This document shows positions 37,736 through 51,444 of a stretch of 64,000 bases of DNA, piece after piece. Within the stretch, counting starts at the first letter, position 1, and each line of letters opens with the position of its first letter. A program made the position numbers and the translations under genes. The stretch comes from Camelus dromedarius. Lineage: Eukaryota. The DNA is taken from contig NC_087436.1 of assembly GCF_036321535.1 (NCBI RefSeq), positions 82,152,001 through 82,216,000 on the forward strand, read 5' to 3'. A model generated the notes under the pieces. That model was not told the DNA's origin. It saw only the letters and a program-made list of their open reading frames with translations, and made no database searches.

Positions 37736-40700
37736 GCTTAGTATGCTGGTAACCAGCATGTTCCACCCTGCCCTATATTGCTCAGCCTCCTCTCTGTCTT
37801 CTCCAGATTCAACCAAAGAAGGTCTCCATTTGGAGACCTTGAGTGGCCATCCAGCTGCTCAGTAGCAGGAGGTGGTCGAGGGGTTGGAGGTGGCGAGGGC
37901 GCATTAGCAGAGAACGAGGGCGAGCTTTCTAAAGGAGCAAGGAGAGAACCCTGAGTGAGGTGGGCCTCAACATATCTGCCAGGGAAGAGGTTGATTGCAG
38001 CAGCATTTTGAACTAGTTTGAGGGAAAAAATTATGCAGAAACGGAGATTGGTAGGTATAAGGTAACCACCTATTGTATTACAGATTTACTTGTGTAAAAT
38101 GCATTTCTAAAATCTGGGCCTCTCGTATGTTAGATATCAGATGTAGCTCAAACTAGGGAAAACGGAACCATAGAATTAGGCCCTCCTTAAAGCCCAAAGC
38201 TTTCTTGCTTGGTAATTTTGTAGGGAAGGCTTGCAGGAAAAACACTTTGAAATATGAAGAAGGAAATGTGATTCTGGTGCTTCCTTTATAGGCACTAAAT
38301 CAGTACATGAAGAAATAGGACAAGAATCAAAGAAGATTAATTTTCCAAAACCTCACAAACAACCTAGTTCTCAAATAGGGAAAAACTTTTTTTTTTTTTA
38401 AGTTGAAGATGGGGAAGGAAGGGAGGAGGAAAAGGTGAATTAAGTCTTCACAGTGGTTGCTAAGGCGATTGCCCTGAAAGCTTTGCAGATGGGAGCCCGA
38501 AACTGACTCCTGCAAATGTTTGTATGTATCTCTGCCTGATGGCTTGTAGTTTCTCAATAGGGCAAAAAGCAGAAGCCAGAGCAAGACGTTGAAGGAGTGA
38601 GGTAAGGTTTTGCTCAGTGTGCTCGTGCAGAGACCACTCATGCGCACCATGCACGCAGACGATCAAGCTGTTTCAGTTCCGCTCACAGCCGATGTGATCG
38701 TGTGTCTCACAAGTTCAGGGCCACTCTTAGTTCCTTCCTTTCCTTCCAAAGGTCCACCATGCTATTGGATAGGTGAATTTGTGCTTCCAAGTTCTTCCTT
38801 TCTGATAAAAATTCAGATTTCACCAGAAGTCTCTGAATATGTCTGAGGGAAAGTTGTGGGAGCTCCCAGCATGGGGCAGCCTCTCAGCTCCTATCATATT
38901 TACTAGTTTATTCTTGTGGTTTTTCTTAATGTTGTAATGTGAACATTTCCAAACCATCAGAAGAGTTGAAAGAATTCCGCAGTAAAAAGCCTTATTCCCA
39001 GATTATATTGTTAACACTTTATTGAACTTGCGTTACCATGTATCTCTTCATCTCTTCGTCTCTGAAACTGTCCAGCAGTCTGCCTTTTGTGCTTTTTATA
39101 TCATTTGCAGATATCAGTGTACTTCCCCCTAAATACTTAGGCTTGTATGCCATTAACTGATGTTCAAGTATTTATTTACAGTGACCCCCCCTTCCCCTTC
39201 TGCCATACAATTTCTATGCTTCAAAATGTACAAACCTTGAGTGCACTGGTATGTTTTGACAAGGCATACATCTGTGTAACTCAAACTATGAATACGTTAT
39301 AGAACTAATCTTAGGGCTATTTTTTTGGTGTGTATGTGGGAGGATGATTAGAAGATGAGTAAACAGACATTCTTCTGTTTTATTTTTCCTCCTTCCAGGG
39401 TGTCATTTCTTTCTTTTTTTTTTTTAATTGTAGGATGAGTTGTATGTGCTTGGTAGTGTCTCATTTTGTAGAGATTATTTACTTAGTTTATAGAGGTCTC
39501 AGACTAAAACCTTTGGTTAAGGTACATTTTTCTTTACCCAGATTTCTTTTGCTAAGAATTCTCTTGGATTGCTGTATTAAGTTTCTGGCATTTTAGCACC
39601 TTCTAAGATATATTGAATATTGTTTTAAAATGACTTCTGCCATGACTGCTGAAACTGAAATTTCTTCTGTGTCCATGACTAGGGATATGGTGACTGCTTT
39701 CCTTAAAATAAGCAAATTCTTCTTTACAGAGTACTTTGAACATTTGAGTCTGACTCCAGAATCATTAAAGATACATTTTTTTGGTTTGAATTAGCCCTTG
39801 CCCTAGTGAAGACACTTTGCGAGGACTACAGGCTCCACCCATTCTTTAAGACCTCCCTGTTTTGGGGTAACAGTAAAATGCCTGGAACAGAGTGTAAGTA
39901 ACTCACCCCTTGCTCCTTTGTTAAGGGTGTGTGAGTTAGAGGAATGAATGCTAGGCTGACTGGGTTATGTGCTTCCAGGGTTATGTGTGAAAGTCAGGGG
40001 TAGGAAGGTGGGGGCTCTCCCGAAAGTGGTAGGCATAGGTGACTTCTGTCATCCCGTGTGGGTGGGCACAGGGCTCTCAGAGCCTCCCTCCTGGGCAGGA
40101 TGAGAGAAGTCTGGGGGTGATGGCATGTCTTCCCTGGCGGTGGTTCTATACGTAATCAAGGGCTCCAAGCTGAATCGAGAAAAGTTGTAAATTGTCAATC
40201 AAATTATCTGGTTGCATGTTACCTGCTTATTTCTGTTCTGTTATCCTCCAGCTTTTGGTAAAGTTTAATGTGAATGTTCCAGTTATGTCTCAGCTATTTG
40301 AGTGTAAGGAAACAGTTGAGACTATGATTGGGCCAGAGTTGTGAGGGAGGCAGCGTCCCCCTGAGAGCAGAGGTGAGGGTAGCAGCCTTAATTCCTGGGA
40401 GATCCCCTAGGAGGTTTTAAATTCAAAGGAATAAGACATCAAATAAGAGGTTCACTGTACCTCCATTGGAAGATCTCAGCTTAATTTATCAAGGCTGTGA
40501 ACCAGTTCCCTTCTACCATCAACCTAACAGCTGTCCTTTTATTTAAATAAAGGTACTCAAATCTAGTGGTGCAGTCTCCCACCAGACTTCTGAAGAACCA
40601 GGACATTTGAGGAACAGTGAGTTCTGACCTTTAATAGCAGCCACTGGCCTAATTCTTCATATTTTCCAAAAACCACACCCGCCTGCCAGAGTAGATAGCT

Positions 40701-41242
40701 CAGGGAAGTTGGATGGACTCACTGTGCCTTGGGAGTTTTTAATCCCAGAGCTTCCCTTAATGTTTTTTCTTTTGCTCTGCCATCTCCCTTACATCCTGTC
40801 CTTTTCCATTTATTTCATCATAAAATTGTTAAGAGTTGTAGTGTGAAGGCCATTATTCTGTTGAAGATGCAGCTGGAACCAGTGACTGGCATGGTTTTTA
40901 TGCTTCATGCATCTCCCTGACTTCCACCAGCATACTTTTTTTTTTTTTTCAACTCTTTGAGGCTTTTGACTGTTAGGCCAGACAAGGTATTGAGACGGGG
41001 AAGCTGAGTCCTGGAGATGGCGGATAGCATCCTAGTGTGAGTGACACGTTGTGGGTGGCGCTGGAACCCGAAGGCTTGGCAGCTTAGGACATGTCTCACC
41101 ACACACTGCATTATCCAGATCTTTTGGAATAAGAGAGTAAGGCATTAAAATTGGATAATTAGAGATAAGAGTAGAGATTTTGTATATCTTTCCATTCTTC
41201 GCTGCCACCACTCAACTTGGCAGCTCCTCACCCCTGCTGTCC

Positions 41243-41364
41243 TAGGGCCGCAGCAGCCGTGGACAGTATGTAAACAAACGGGCACGGTTGTGTTCGAATC
41301 AGTGTTCACAAAAACAGGCAGCTGGGCCAGACTTGGCCCGTAAGCCATAGCTGGCCAACCCCTG
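41243..41364. mobile_element. MER58-like hAT fragment
   Basis: gcagccgtggacagtatgtaaacaaacgggc...acaaaaacaggcagctgggccagacttggccc...gccaacccctg. Confidence 0.8.
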
Positions 41365-41947
41365 TTCCCGTCCCTCTTTTTGTTTCTGCTAACTTTGTTC
41401 AGTGCACATTTACAGGTGGAAGCGTGAATATTGATCAATGTTAAGTCAAATAAGAATGTTAAAAAAATTTTTTTTCCCTTCTTTGGCACTGGTAGCCTTA
41501 TTCTCTAACTAATTTTACTCACAACTCTGAAATTTCTGGCCCAATCATGTCGGGAAGTTAAGGAACAGTTTCAGGTGGAGATATTCAATTAAACGTTCTT
41601 TTAAATTTACTGCTGACCTTTTTCAGTTCTGGAATTGTGACCGCTGGCTCAGCAAACAGAATGATACATTGGAGGTCTTGAAAACAGTGTAAAACACTTG
41701 AATTAGACAATCAAGGTGGACTGCATGGAGAGGCTCTGTAGCGGGCTGTGCGCTCGGGCTCTGGGGCTGCCCTCCACGGATCAGGGAAGGAGGGTGTGGG
41801 AGGAGTCATCAGCTTTGCTTTTGTGATCATCTGTGGCCACTGTCAAGTCCATTTGCATTCTAAACTTTGACACCCCCACCCCATTCATTTTCTAAAATGG
41901 ACAGTTTTTGGTGTGCGGGGTATTTGAGATGATCGTTTCAGGCTGAG

Positions 41948-41977
41948 GAAAGCCCACACGACGAAAGCCCACACGAC
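41948..41977. repeat. Perfect 15-bp tandem duplication
   Basis: gaaagcccacacgac x2. Confidence 0.95.
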
Positions 41978-44424
41978 GTTATCAGGGGACTGTCCCCAAG
42001 AAAGACCGCTGAGGCCTAGGCAAGCCTCTCGGAGTGGATGGCTGCAAAAAGCTGTCACCCCCACAAACACCCCAGGGTTCTTTGGATCCGTTCTACGAGG
42101 AGTTGTGCGTGGGGAACAAGGCGAGATGGGTGCAGATACCCACGGCCGAGGATCCCTTGCTCAGCACGGGTGTGGGGGTCCCTTCCGCTCTACCAGACTT
42201 CTGCCCAGCCTGCAAGCTCAGGTGGCATGCTCTTAATTAAACTGTCCAAGGCCCCTCCATGTAGACTGGTGTTCTCCTCTGATTCTTGAGCCCTTGTAAC
42301 CGACCTCTGTAGTCACTCGTAGTGGCCCCCCCCCCTTATTTCTCCCACTAGGTTGTGTCTTTACTTCTTTTGTTGCTGGGTCTAGCACATAGGGGTCAGG
42401 GTTGACTGGAAGCATCTCCTGTTCCCGTTCTTCGGGTTAAGATCTTGAGTCGGACTGCAGAAAACCAGAGAAGAGTGCAGCAGTGCTCTTAAATAAATTT
42501 AAGTGGCGTAAATAATATTTAAAATGCCGTTCTGTTTGAAGAAAATACTTAACAATCAGAGGCCTTGTTTAATGTAAGTTAACAGTGTATTTGATAATTC
42601 TGAATGTTTCCTTATCATTTCCTTACAATGGATATATTAGCCTCTGCTTTTTGAAGAGAGAGGTAAAAATGGAAATTCTGAAGCATTCTAAAGGGCATAA
42701 TCTGCAGAATCCTGAACTGTGCTGCTTTTCCTTTTCACATAATTGAGCTCTCCGATTCTAGTTTACTAGCATTGAAGAAGGGGAAGGGTGCTTTATTAAG
42801 TTTGATAAATACCCTTTCTTTTATGCAAGTGAACTGCCTGTTGGCAGTGATGGGGAAAAAGAATGATAGATTCTGCATATAAATGTTCACGGCTGGGCCA
42901 AAATCCAGCCCAAAGAATCCTGACAAGCTTTGTAAGGCTCATAACACTGCTCAGCAGAGGTCAAAATGAAGGGAGACTTCTCCAGAAACACAATGACTTA
43001 CTGTTCAGCTTTAAGGCCAGGCCAGTTATAGCCGGTGGTAGGAGGTGAGCCGGGGTTATGATGAAATGAGAATATTTAGAAACGTGTAATTGTTGCTTGT
43101 TGCCATATAAAACACCAATACATGTTTCCAGCTTTCTTCTCCTATAATACTCTCCCTGTTCTTCCTACTCGAGTTGTCTGTGGAATGAAATGGAATAATG
43201 AGACTGGCTCTAGTTTTTATGACATGGAGCTTTCTTTCTGTGAAAAACAAATGTGACATGTGCAGTTAACCAAAAGGAGAGAGAACTGTAAGTCAAGATG
43301 TAAAGGAAAATGCTGATGGTTCTGTAGAAACACTTACAGGAACACTTTATTCTTAGGTTTTTGTTCTCCTTTGTGTAAATCGCAGGGAAGATTAGATATC
43401 TGTGTGGTTTTATTCCATACGATTGTTCAAGCCTGCAAACTTGTTTCAGTCCTAGGAAGTTTGTCTCTTCATACGTGTGTCCACAGCAGCCTGTTTAACT
43501 AGGTTTAAAACGCAACTGGTGATGATTTCTACTCCTGAAAGTTGTGTGTTGATTGGGGAACGGAGGATCCTTGAGTTCAGCTTTAGATCCCCTCTTCCTT
43601 TGTGGATTGAGCTTCATTAAGCAGGTAGAGGAGGAGCCCTGCCATTTGCTGGGGTTTGTTCATTAACTGAAAAATGTGTTGGATCTCTCTGTACTCATTT
43701 AAAGAATAAATGTTTCTTAATATTTTCTTCTTTAGGGAAATAAATCGCATCCTGCCAGTATCCTTATTATCCCATTGTTCCTACTGTTCTTATCAATACA
43801 CAGACATTGCTTTTCCTTTCATTTTCCAAGTGTGAGCCTTTTCCTGTTGCTTTTTGCAGTTGGTTAGCAAGTCTAAATGCTGAGCATTTGTTCTGGCTGG
43901 AGCTGGATTTGGTACATTGGCCCGGTTTCAAACAGTTCTTCTTATCGTATGTGGTGCAATTGGTTTTCTGGAATGTGTGTTAGAAGTTCAGTCATTGGGA
44001 GGGACTCTTCCTTTTGGGATGGTAAATCCTGTACAGTTTTCCAAGCTGTTCTGTAGAGTGTAGTTTGTTCAGTTTGGTGTGTGTTGGAAATTATCTGATG
44101 TTTAAGCTGTTGAGTGATTAAAAAATAGCCACATAGTATGTTTGATCTCTTATGACTAGATTTAGTCTTTTTTTTTTTTTAAAACAACAACAAAAAACTG
44201 CTCCTGTATAATTTGAGAAAAGAGTTGCTTTTAAAAATCCACTTAGGGACATTTTAGCAGTTTCATGAAATACAAGATGCTTTTGGAAATGATTGTTTTT
44301 TCGCTTGTTTTCTATGTGGTGATTGAAAATTTGATGTATTAATCAGAGGATGCTGTCCATAACTGCTTAGTTAAAAAAAAAGATTGTCTTTGAAAATGCT
44401 TCTGTTAACTTCAAATTGTATGTT

Positions 44425-44578
44425 TTTTTAATAGACTTTATTCTTTTAGAGCAGTTTCAGGTTCACAACAGAATTGAGCAGAAAACATGGAGTTCCCACA
44501 TAGCCCTCCCCACCCACACATGTATACTTCCCTACCCTCAACATCCCTCATCAGTGTGGCATATTTGGTATGTATGAT
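44425..44578 (-). mobile_element. L1 3'-end fragment
   Basis: tttttagagcagtttcaggttcacaacagaattgagcagaaa...gagttcccacata...caacatccctcatcagtgtgg. Confidence 0.75.
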
Positions 44579-44634
44579 GTTTTTTTAATTTAAAAAAACT
44601 ACTATTGTGTCTGCAGCTGTATGCAGAATTCCAT

Positions 44635-45180
44635 CCACTCAACTAATACTCATTTAGCCTAATAGGTTAGTGCTGGGTACGTAGTGAGGAGGAAGAGAGG
44701 AAAGGTGACTGACCTTCTGCAGAGCTTACATTCTTCCTGGAGGTAAGGGTGGGGATCCAGATATAATTAAACAGATAAATGAACAGACAAGACCATGTTA
44801 GATAGTGATAAAAAGAGAGAGAGCACAGTGAAGTACTGGAGAGCCCAGGGTAGGCGTGGGGGTGGGCCAGAGTGGCCATTCAGATCTGGGACCTCGATGA
44901 GAAGCTGATACTTAACCGGAGATACTGGTGACAACGTTGTCCTTGTCTTTAGGGACAGAGTATCCAGATGGGGCTCAGCAGTGCACAGCTCGAGCAGGCA
45001 TGAGAAGGCCACACTGGAGGGGAACGGATGTGGGAGGCAGCAGTGGAGAGGAAGTGAGGAAGGAGCCGCCTGGCCAGGCGTCTGGATGGGAATCTTGGAC
45101 CCGGGGGAGCCTTTGGAGGTGGAGGGCTTTCCTCGGTGGAAGGGGCTGCATAGTCTGATTTGCATTTTAAAATACTCCTA
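44635..45180 (-). mobile_element. L2 fragment
   Basis: ccatccactcaac...gagcttacattct...ggggagcctttggag...tctgatttgcatttta. Confidence 0.65.
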
Positions 45181-48100
45181 GATCTTGTGTTTTCTGAGAG
45201 AATTTTTCATTGTGGGAGTGTTGTTGCTGAAGTTTTAGTCCTAGAGACACCTTATTAGTATTTTGAATCTTGTTAATTTAAAATTGTATTTGCTCTAAAT
45301 GTTGCCAACCTTTTTTCCCTTTGATGTAGTATAGTTGGACTTTTATGACTAGTTGAAGAATAAAACCTATAACATTAACTGATAAACATACTCTGTGAGC
45401 TGAGGTGGCTTGCACGGCTGATCTGGAAAAGAATGATGTCAGCTTCCTTCCAGGTTTGAATCACTTGATGCGTACAACAGTCTGGTAAAATCGGTTTTAG
45501 GCATCAGACAATGAATCATATTTTGTCATCAAATAGTAAAAGAAGACTGGCAGAATTCGGTGGAATTCTGGGTTGTTTGCAATTGAGTAAGGCTGGAATA
45601 TAATTGTTTTAGTCAAAGATGTGTTAAGCACCACTTTTTGCTAAGCACTCAGAAATAGTCCTTGCCCTTAAGGAGCTCACAGTCTAATAAGGGAAATCTG
45701 TAGGCTCATGTACAGTCTTATTTTTGTAAATGTAAACATGGGCAGATTGGCAAGAAGAATGTTTCACGAGAAAGAAATCATTCACAGCAGGAGATGGGAG
45801 GTGAGAGTGGAGGCAGGGATGTTTTGGAAGGCTTTGAAAGTCAGGTTAGGAGTTCATCAGAGAACTGGCAGAGAGAGGAGGGCCGTTTCTCCAGCCTCCC
45901 AGTTCCTTGTGCTCAGGGTTGAATGGAGAGGCAGTCAGTGGAAAAGGGTCCTCCGTGAGGACTGAGAGGTAAGTGGAAGCCAGGTGGAAAAGGGTTGCTT
46001 GCACAGTCACCCGTCAGCTTTAATCCTGTAGGCAGCAGGGGGCTCAGAAAGCTTATCAGATGGGTGAGTAACAGGACCAGACGCATGCTTTTTAGAGAGA
46101 GGCAGCTTTGTGGAGCTAGGTAGCCCAGGATGACAAGAAGGGAGGAAGTCCACACAACAATTCATTTCAATTTTGCATGCTTAATTGATTTAATGCCCTA
46201 AACTTTTTTTTTTTAAGTTGAGTATGAATTAAATGAGGCGAGCATTAAAAAAACAAAACTTAAGGCTTGCTTGTCTGCATTCTTCCTTAGTTTGTGACTG
46301 CAGCATTCTTTTAATTTGTAGCTGTAATGATACAGACTTTCACCAGCCTCATTATTTTATAGGTATGTGATGTGGTCCTTCACGGTCAGTTGAGTGTGTA
46401 AGCAGAATGCCCTGGGAATGAGGCCAGAGCTCTGGCTGATCCTAGCACAGACCAGACTTGCAGGGGAAGCTTCTACCCATGTTTCTGACGGGTGCCAAAT
46501 GCGCAGTGCCCACAAGCAGGCAGGCAGAGGCGGCTCTGGATCACCAGGGATCCTTCTAACTAAAGGGGACATAAACATAAATAACTAGTCAGGTATCAGA
46601 TTTAGCCCCAGTGAGCCTGACCCAGGGAGTAATTTCTGTATGTCCTTTCAATTAACTGCAGTTAAGTCCTGTCTGCATTTTTAGGGAACCCTTCTCAGAC
46701 CGAGTTTTCTGGAATTTGTCAGTAACGTTAATATGTTCTCACTTCAAGTAACATTAAAAACAAATAGTTGATTAACTGCTAGCTATCTACATCGTCAGAT
46801 CTTCAAAATTGGGAATGATTTCTTCTCCCTGGTGTGGTTTGTGTAATTGTGTCACTGGCACCAAGGCCTTCCTCTGTCAGAACTAGCTTCTTGTTTTTAA
46901 AATGTGTTTGGAAGGTCCGGGACCTGGTGTACGGCACACAGGGACGCATTAGCTCATCTGTCTCCTTTTCCTCATCCTACTTTTGTTAGAGCTGTGTATC
47001 CCCACTGCGCCCCCCCGCTGACGATTTCCCCCTTCCCCCCAAACCCCCTTTAAGACCAGTTAATGAGCAAGACAGGTTCTTGTGATTTTCCATCTATAGG
47101 GTAAAAAAATGCCCCTCAAGATATATTTATATGACTTATTAAGAAGAACAAAATGGGTTATAATGAGACTACTTCAGTTAAAAAACAGCAGCTGCTGGTG
47201 TGAACTTTGGAACACAGCCTTCAAGGCAGTTTTATGAAGATGGGTCTGTAATTATTATTTAGTGAATGTCAAAGGCTGAGTCCAGGGTCCAGAATCAGTT
47301 TTCAGAGTTTCTGATGAGAGTTAACTGCCAAAATTATCAACACAGCAGTATTTCTTTACCCCTCATTTTGATGTTATATGTGTCTGAGGCTGCTGCTTTT
47401 GGTTTTAATTAGAAATTTTAACTATACAAATAATGAATGAATACTTCCTTGTGAAAAAGCATGTTTAAAACAATGTTAAAGCAAGATCTTCCCTAAACCA
47501 CCTACCTCCTCCACCCTAGTCTGGGGTTCCTTCTTGATAGATTTTTTTGTAAAGTGTATCCTCTCAGATCTTTGTTCTACGTTAACAGGCCTGCAGAGGC
47601 ACCTGGTAGATTCATTTGGAAAGATAAATTAAAAGTAACACGTCTCTCCTTAGAATTGAAGTAACTCCCCGTGCCTCCGCCAAGTTTGGCCAGGTAGATA
47701 CAGTCTTACTTGAAAACTCATAGTATGTATGCCCTTAACGTATAAAAAAAAATCTTAAAAGATTGATTTAATTTTGCAAAATGGCATCACATACAACTAT
47801 TTCAGTGTTTTAATGAGGCTGAGCATTTTGCAGCGAGCAGAAGAGAGTAGCAGAGAGAGCTGTTTGAGATGGTCCCCTGGGAGCTCCTTGAGGAAAACAG
47901 CTGTGACATAATGCTATTTTGTCCTTTTGCTTGGCTGATTTTTTTTTTTATATATAAAATGAGATTTTGTTTTGGGATTAAGTCTGATTTTTTCTCTTCA
48001 TGTGTGTTGTGTGTGTAAGTTGTGGAGGGGGTAGTGAAGGTGAAGTCCTTGGAAGATTTAGCTGAGTGATTTTTATTATGAGAAAGTCTGTTGTGAATTC

Positions 48101-50229
48101 TTTGACGTGCGCAAAGCGGGAGAGGAAAACGTTCTCCATTCTTTGAAGCAACATTTCTTCTACCTTCCACCATGGAGCCACTTTGATGTCTCATATTTAA
48201 ATGCATTTGTGAGTGATACAGTTTAATGACAAAATATGGTGCTTTGAAGCATATTGACTTTTTTTCATAAAACCAATGTGAAAAATGTTCTCCAATCCCT
48301 GAATTGTAGGAATAGAGGATATGGAAACAAAGGGCCAGAAGATGGACTTAAAACAGCGGTGGCTTCCAAACTAAAAAAGTCACTTGCACAAGTGAGCACC
48401 CAAGCCTGCTGTCCTTTTGCCTGTCACTTTGTGACACATATATCACCACTCTCTTAAGCCAGAGTTGCCTGTCTTTTGTGAATAGACTTGTGAGTTTTAT
48501 GTTTTGCTCTGTCCTTTGTACATTCAAATCAGGATGGCATAGTGCTTCTAAAACAGTGAAAAGCCTCGTTCTTTTTGAGAATTAATGCACCCTGTTGATT
48601 TCAGGATTTCCCCCTTCCTTCCGCCAAATGTCTCTTCCACACCTATGAAGATAAATACACAAGAGAAATTGCACTCTATCCTCCAAGGGAGAATTAAACT
48701 TTTAAATGTGAGTTGGTCACATCCATCAGAGGAAGGTCTGTGCGAAGTGACCAGTCAAGGGTGATAAATGGGTAGTCAGCTGTGCACAGCCTGCCCCGTG
48801 GGCCGGGTTGCCATGGAAGCGCCCAGTGGCATTCAGCGATCCTGCATGACTAACCTAGATTAGCAGCAGGGCCCGTGGGCTCTGGCCGGCGAAGGTGCTT
48901 GCAGCCCACGTCCCAAGCCCAGCTCCGGCCTGCCCTTCCCTCCTTCCACGTGTGCTCTTTCTTATTTTAGTGCAAGGGAAAGAGAAAAAGGGGAAATCAC
49001 ACTAACTAGTCTTCTTAAGTTTCATCACAGTGTTTTAACACATGGGCCCCTACCCCCCAAGGAGCAGCCCTTGAACAGTGGGAGTAAATGCGCCCTGACA
49101 GGCCCCAGCATGGGGCTGGCTGAACGACTGCATTCAGGGCCAACCAGGCTGGCGGCTCTGAATTCCTCGGGAGTTTCACCACCTCTCTCAAAGCGAGCGC
49201 ACCCTGGCCTGGCCTGTTGTCGCTCTCCAGCCACTCTCCAGCCTTCGCTCAGGCCACCCCCGCGCTGACTGGGGACGTGGTTGGAGGGGGAGGGAACAGA
49301 TTCTGTCAGTGAGAACATCTGTGGTGCAGCCCACCTTAGTAATGGCTGGTGAGTCTCACGTGTCGCCACTCTCTCACCAGGCACTGGAAATTGAAGCCTG
49401 TGGTTTCCCCCATTCCGTCTTTCTAGTTCACTTAATTAAAAAAAAAAGTGGTAGAGGAGGTGGTTTGATGCATTTTGCATAGATCTTTCTGAGGCATCAG
49501 CGTCGTACCTTGCAGATAGTGGCCTATGATCGAAAAGCAAGAGCTTGGCTACTGCAAATTAAAGTTATTCCCTATCTAAAAATATGTCTGCAAACTTTTG
49601 GTGGAATTCATGGATGTCTGCTGGGTGGTCAGACGGTCAGACTTTGCACCCTCCCCCCAGGGGCACTTCAGCACATGGACTTGTTTGTGTATCCAGTCAG
49701 CTGCTTCAAATCACCATGTGACTTGTTTTCTCCCCCCAGATGGGGGCTCCTGGGCTGACCAGAAAGCTGGCACTGAGGCCCTAGGAACATGGCTCGAGGT
49801 CAGCCGGCCAGAAGTTACTGGGTAATGGCCACTTCGGTGCAAGTTTATTTACAGCCTGTTCTTGAAAGAAATGAATATGAAGGGCCCCTTAACACATTAG
49901 AGATGACTTGTGAATCCAGAGGTTGTTATAGGGTCAGTGACCTCAAATCTGTAAATTTAAAACGGGCTCTAAAATATTGTAGCAGAGTTTTTATAACTCG
50001 ACAAGCAACTTCATGTTGTCAGCCGTCTCTCTCTCTCAGAGGGGTCCTTAGGCAGGGACAGATCTGTGTGGGTACATTTAACCAGACAGGTAGTTTATGG
50101 CTCTGAGGTACTCTGCTGGCAGGGATACTATACCTGGATGATTTGAGACTAAGGAATTATGAGCCATTGCGGATGAGCACACTCCAGCACACCTTTGTCT
50201 GCCCTACTTAATACAGCCTGAGAACTTTA

Positions 50230-50450
50230 CCGGCCAAACTGTGATTCAGAACACCAGTTTTGGTGCCAGGCAGACCTGTGTTTGAATTTGCAGGCCTACC
50301 ATTTCCTGGTAAATTAATCTCTGAGCCTTATTTTCTCACCTGGGAAATGGAGTTCATATTCTCCCTCTCTCAGAGTCGTTGTGAGCATTAAATAGGAGAC
50401 CAATGTGCTGCGTCTAAAGCAGTGCCCCCCGGGGAGCAGGTGCTAAGTGG
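50230..50450 (+). mobile_element. MIR SINE
   Basis: gccaggcagacctgtgtttgaat...ttaatctctgagcctta...aaatgg...gttgtgagcattaaat. Confidence 0.7.
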
Positions 50451-50544
50451 GAGCCCTCCTTGGCGCCACTCCTCTCACCCTTGCTGTCATTACTGGCACA
50501 GCCTAAAGCAGTCCATGCAGCCCCCAAAGACTGCTCCCTTGTGC

Positions 50545-50705
50545 TCTTCAGAACCACCTAGAAACTTGCTCAACATGCGTATGTCTCTGGTGCCACATCA
50601 GAATCACTGAATCAGAAACTCTTGGGGGAGGGGCAGGTCTCTGTGATCTGTGTTTGAGCAAGTCCTCTAGGTGCTTCTGATGCTCACAGAAGTTTGAGGA
50701 CCTCT
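50545..50705. mobile_element. MER5A-like element
   Basis: cagaaccacctagaaacttg...actgaatcagaaactcttgggg...caagtcctctaggtgcttctgatgc...aagtttgagga. Confidence 0.8.
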
Positions 50706-50752
50706 TTTCTAACGCAGAGAGCTGTGGAGAAATCAGTGAAGGAGGACTTGTA

Positions 50753-50878
50753 CAGTCGTCCCTTGGTGTCCACGGGGGGTGGGTTCCAGGATGCTCAAGT
50801 CCCTCATGGGAAATGGCCTGGTGCAGTGGGCCCCCCACATCTGTGCGTTCCCCGTCTCGGGATACGGAGGGCCAGCTG
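50753..50878. mobile_element. MER2/Tigger-like MITE
   Basis: ta|cagtcgtcccttggtgtcc ... ggatacggagggccagctg|ta, with a TA duplication on both sides. Confidence 0.85.
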
Positions 50879-51329
50879 TAACTCACTCTGTGTGAACAGT
50901 GACAAAGTGTGACGGGGCTGATGTTGGGATGAGGTTATCCTGTGAGAGCGAGGAAGCGTTTTCCCTTCATACCAGAGGAAGAACTGCTACCTTTAATTAA
51001 ATGAAGTGGTAGTCAGCTTGTAATTATTCAAAAGTAATTACAGAGTTTATGAGTCGCGTAGGACATTTATTGCTTCCTAAAATCCCCTCATTTAAAATTC
51101 TTCCACCCACCCTCTCCTTCCTCTCACCTTAGTTTAAAAACAATGATTTGTATGTAAGAGGCTGAACAATGGCTTACTCCTGTTACTAATTGTGTTAATG
51201 TTTTTTAAATGTAAACTTCCCCTGATTTCAAAATGGAACCAAGAAAAAGAAAATATCACGAAAAGATTTACCTGACACTTTAACAAACCATTCCTTAAGC
51301 CATTGCAAACTTAATAAGTAAAAGCTAGA

Positions 51330-51444
51330 GGGGGAGGGTATAGCTTAGCTTAGCATGCATGAGGTCCTGGGTTCAATCCCCAGCACCTTGATTAAAAAAG
51401 AAATAAACCTAATTACTTCCCCCAAAAATTGAAAAAAGAAAAAA
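51330..51444 (+). mobile_element. tRNA-derived SINE (Vic-1-like) with a ~13-nt internal deletion
   Basis: ggggagggtatagcttag|cttagcatgcatgaggtcctgggttcaatcccc... The segment tggtagagcgcat present in other copies is absent. Short TSD aaaagct. Confidence 0.9.

Noticed and set aside
47802..48206. 134-aa minus-strand ORF
   Set aside because: Crosses homopolymer and low-complexity sequence, with no recognisable family or exon structure.
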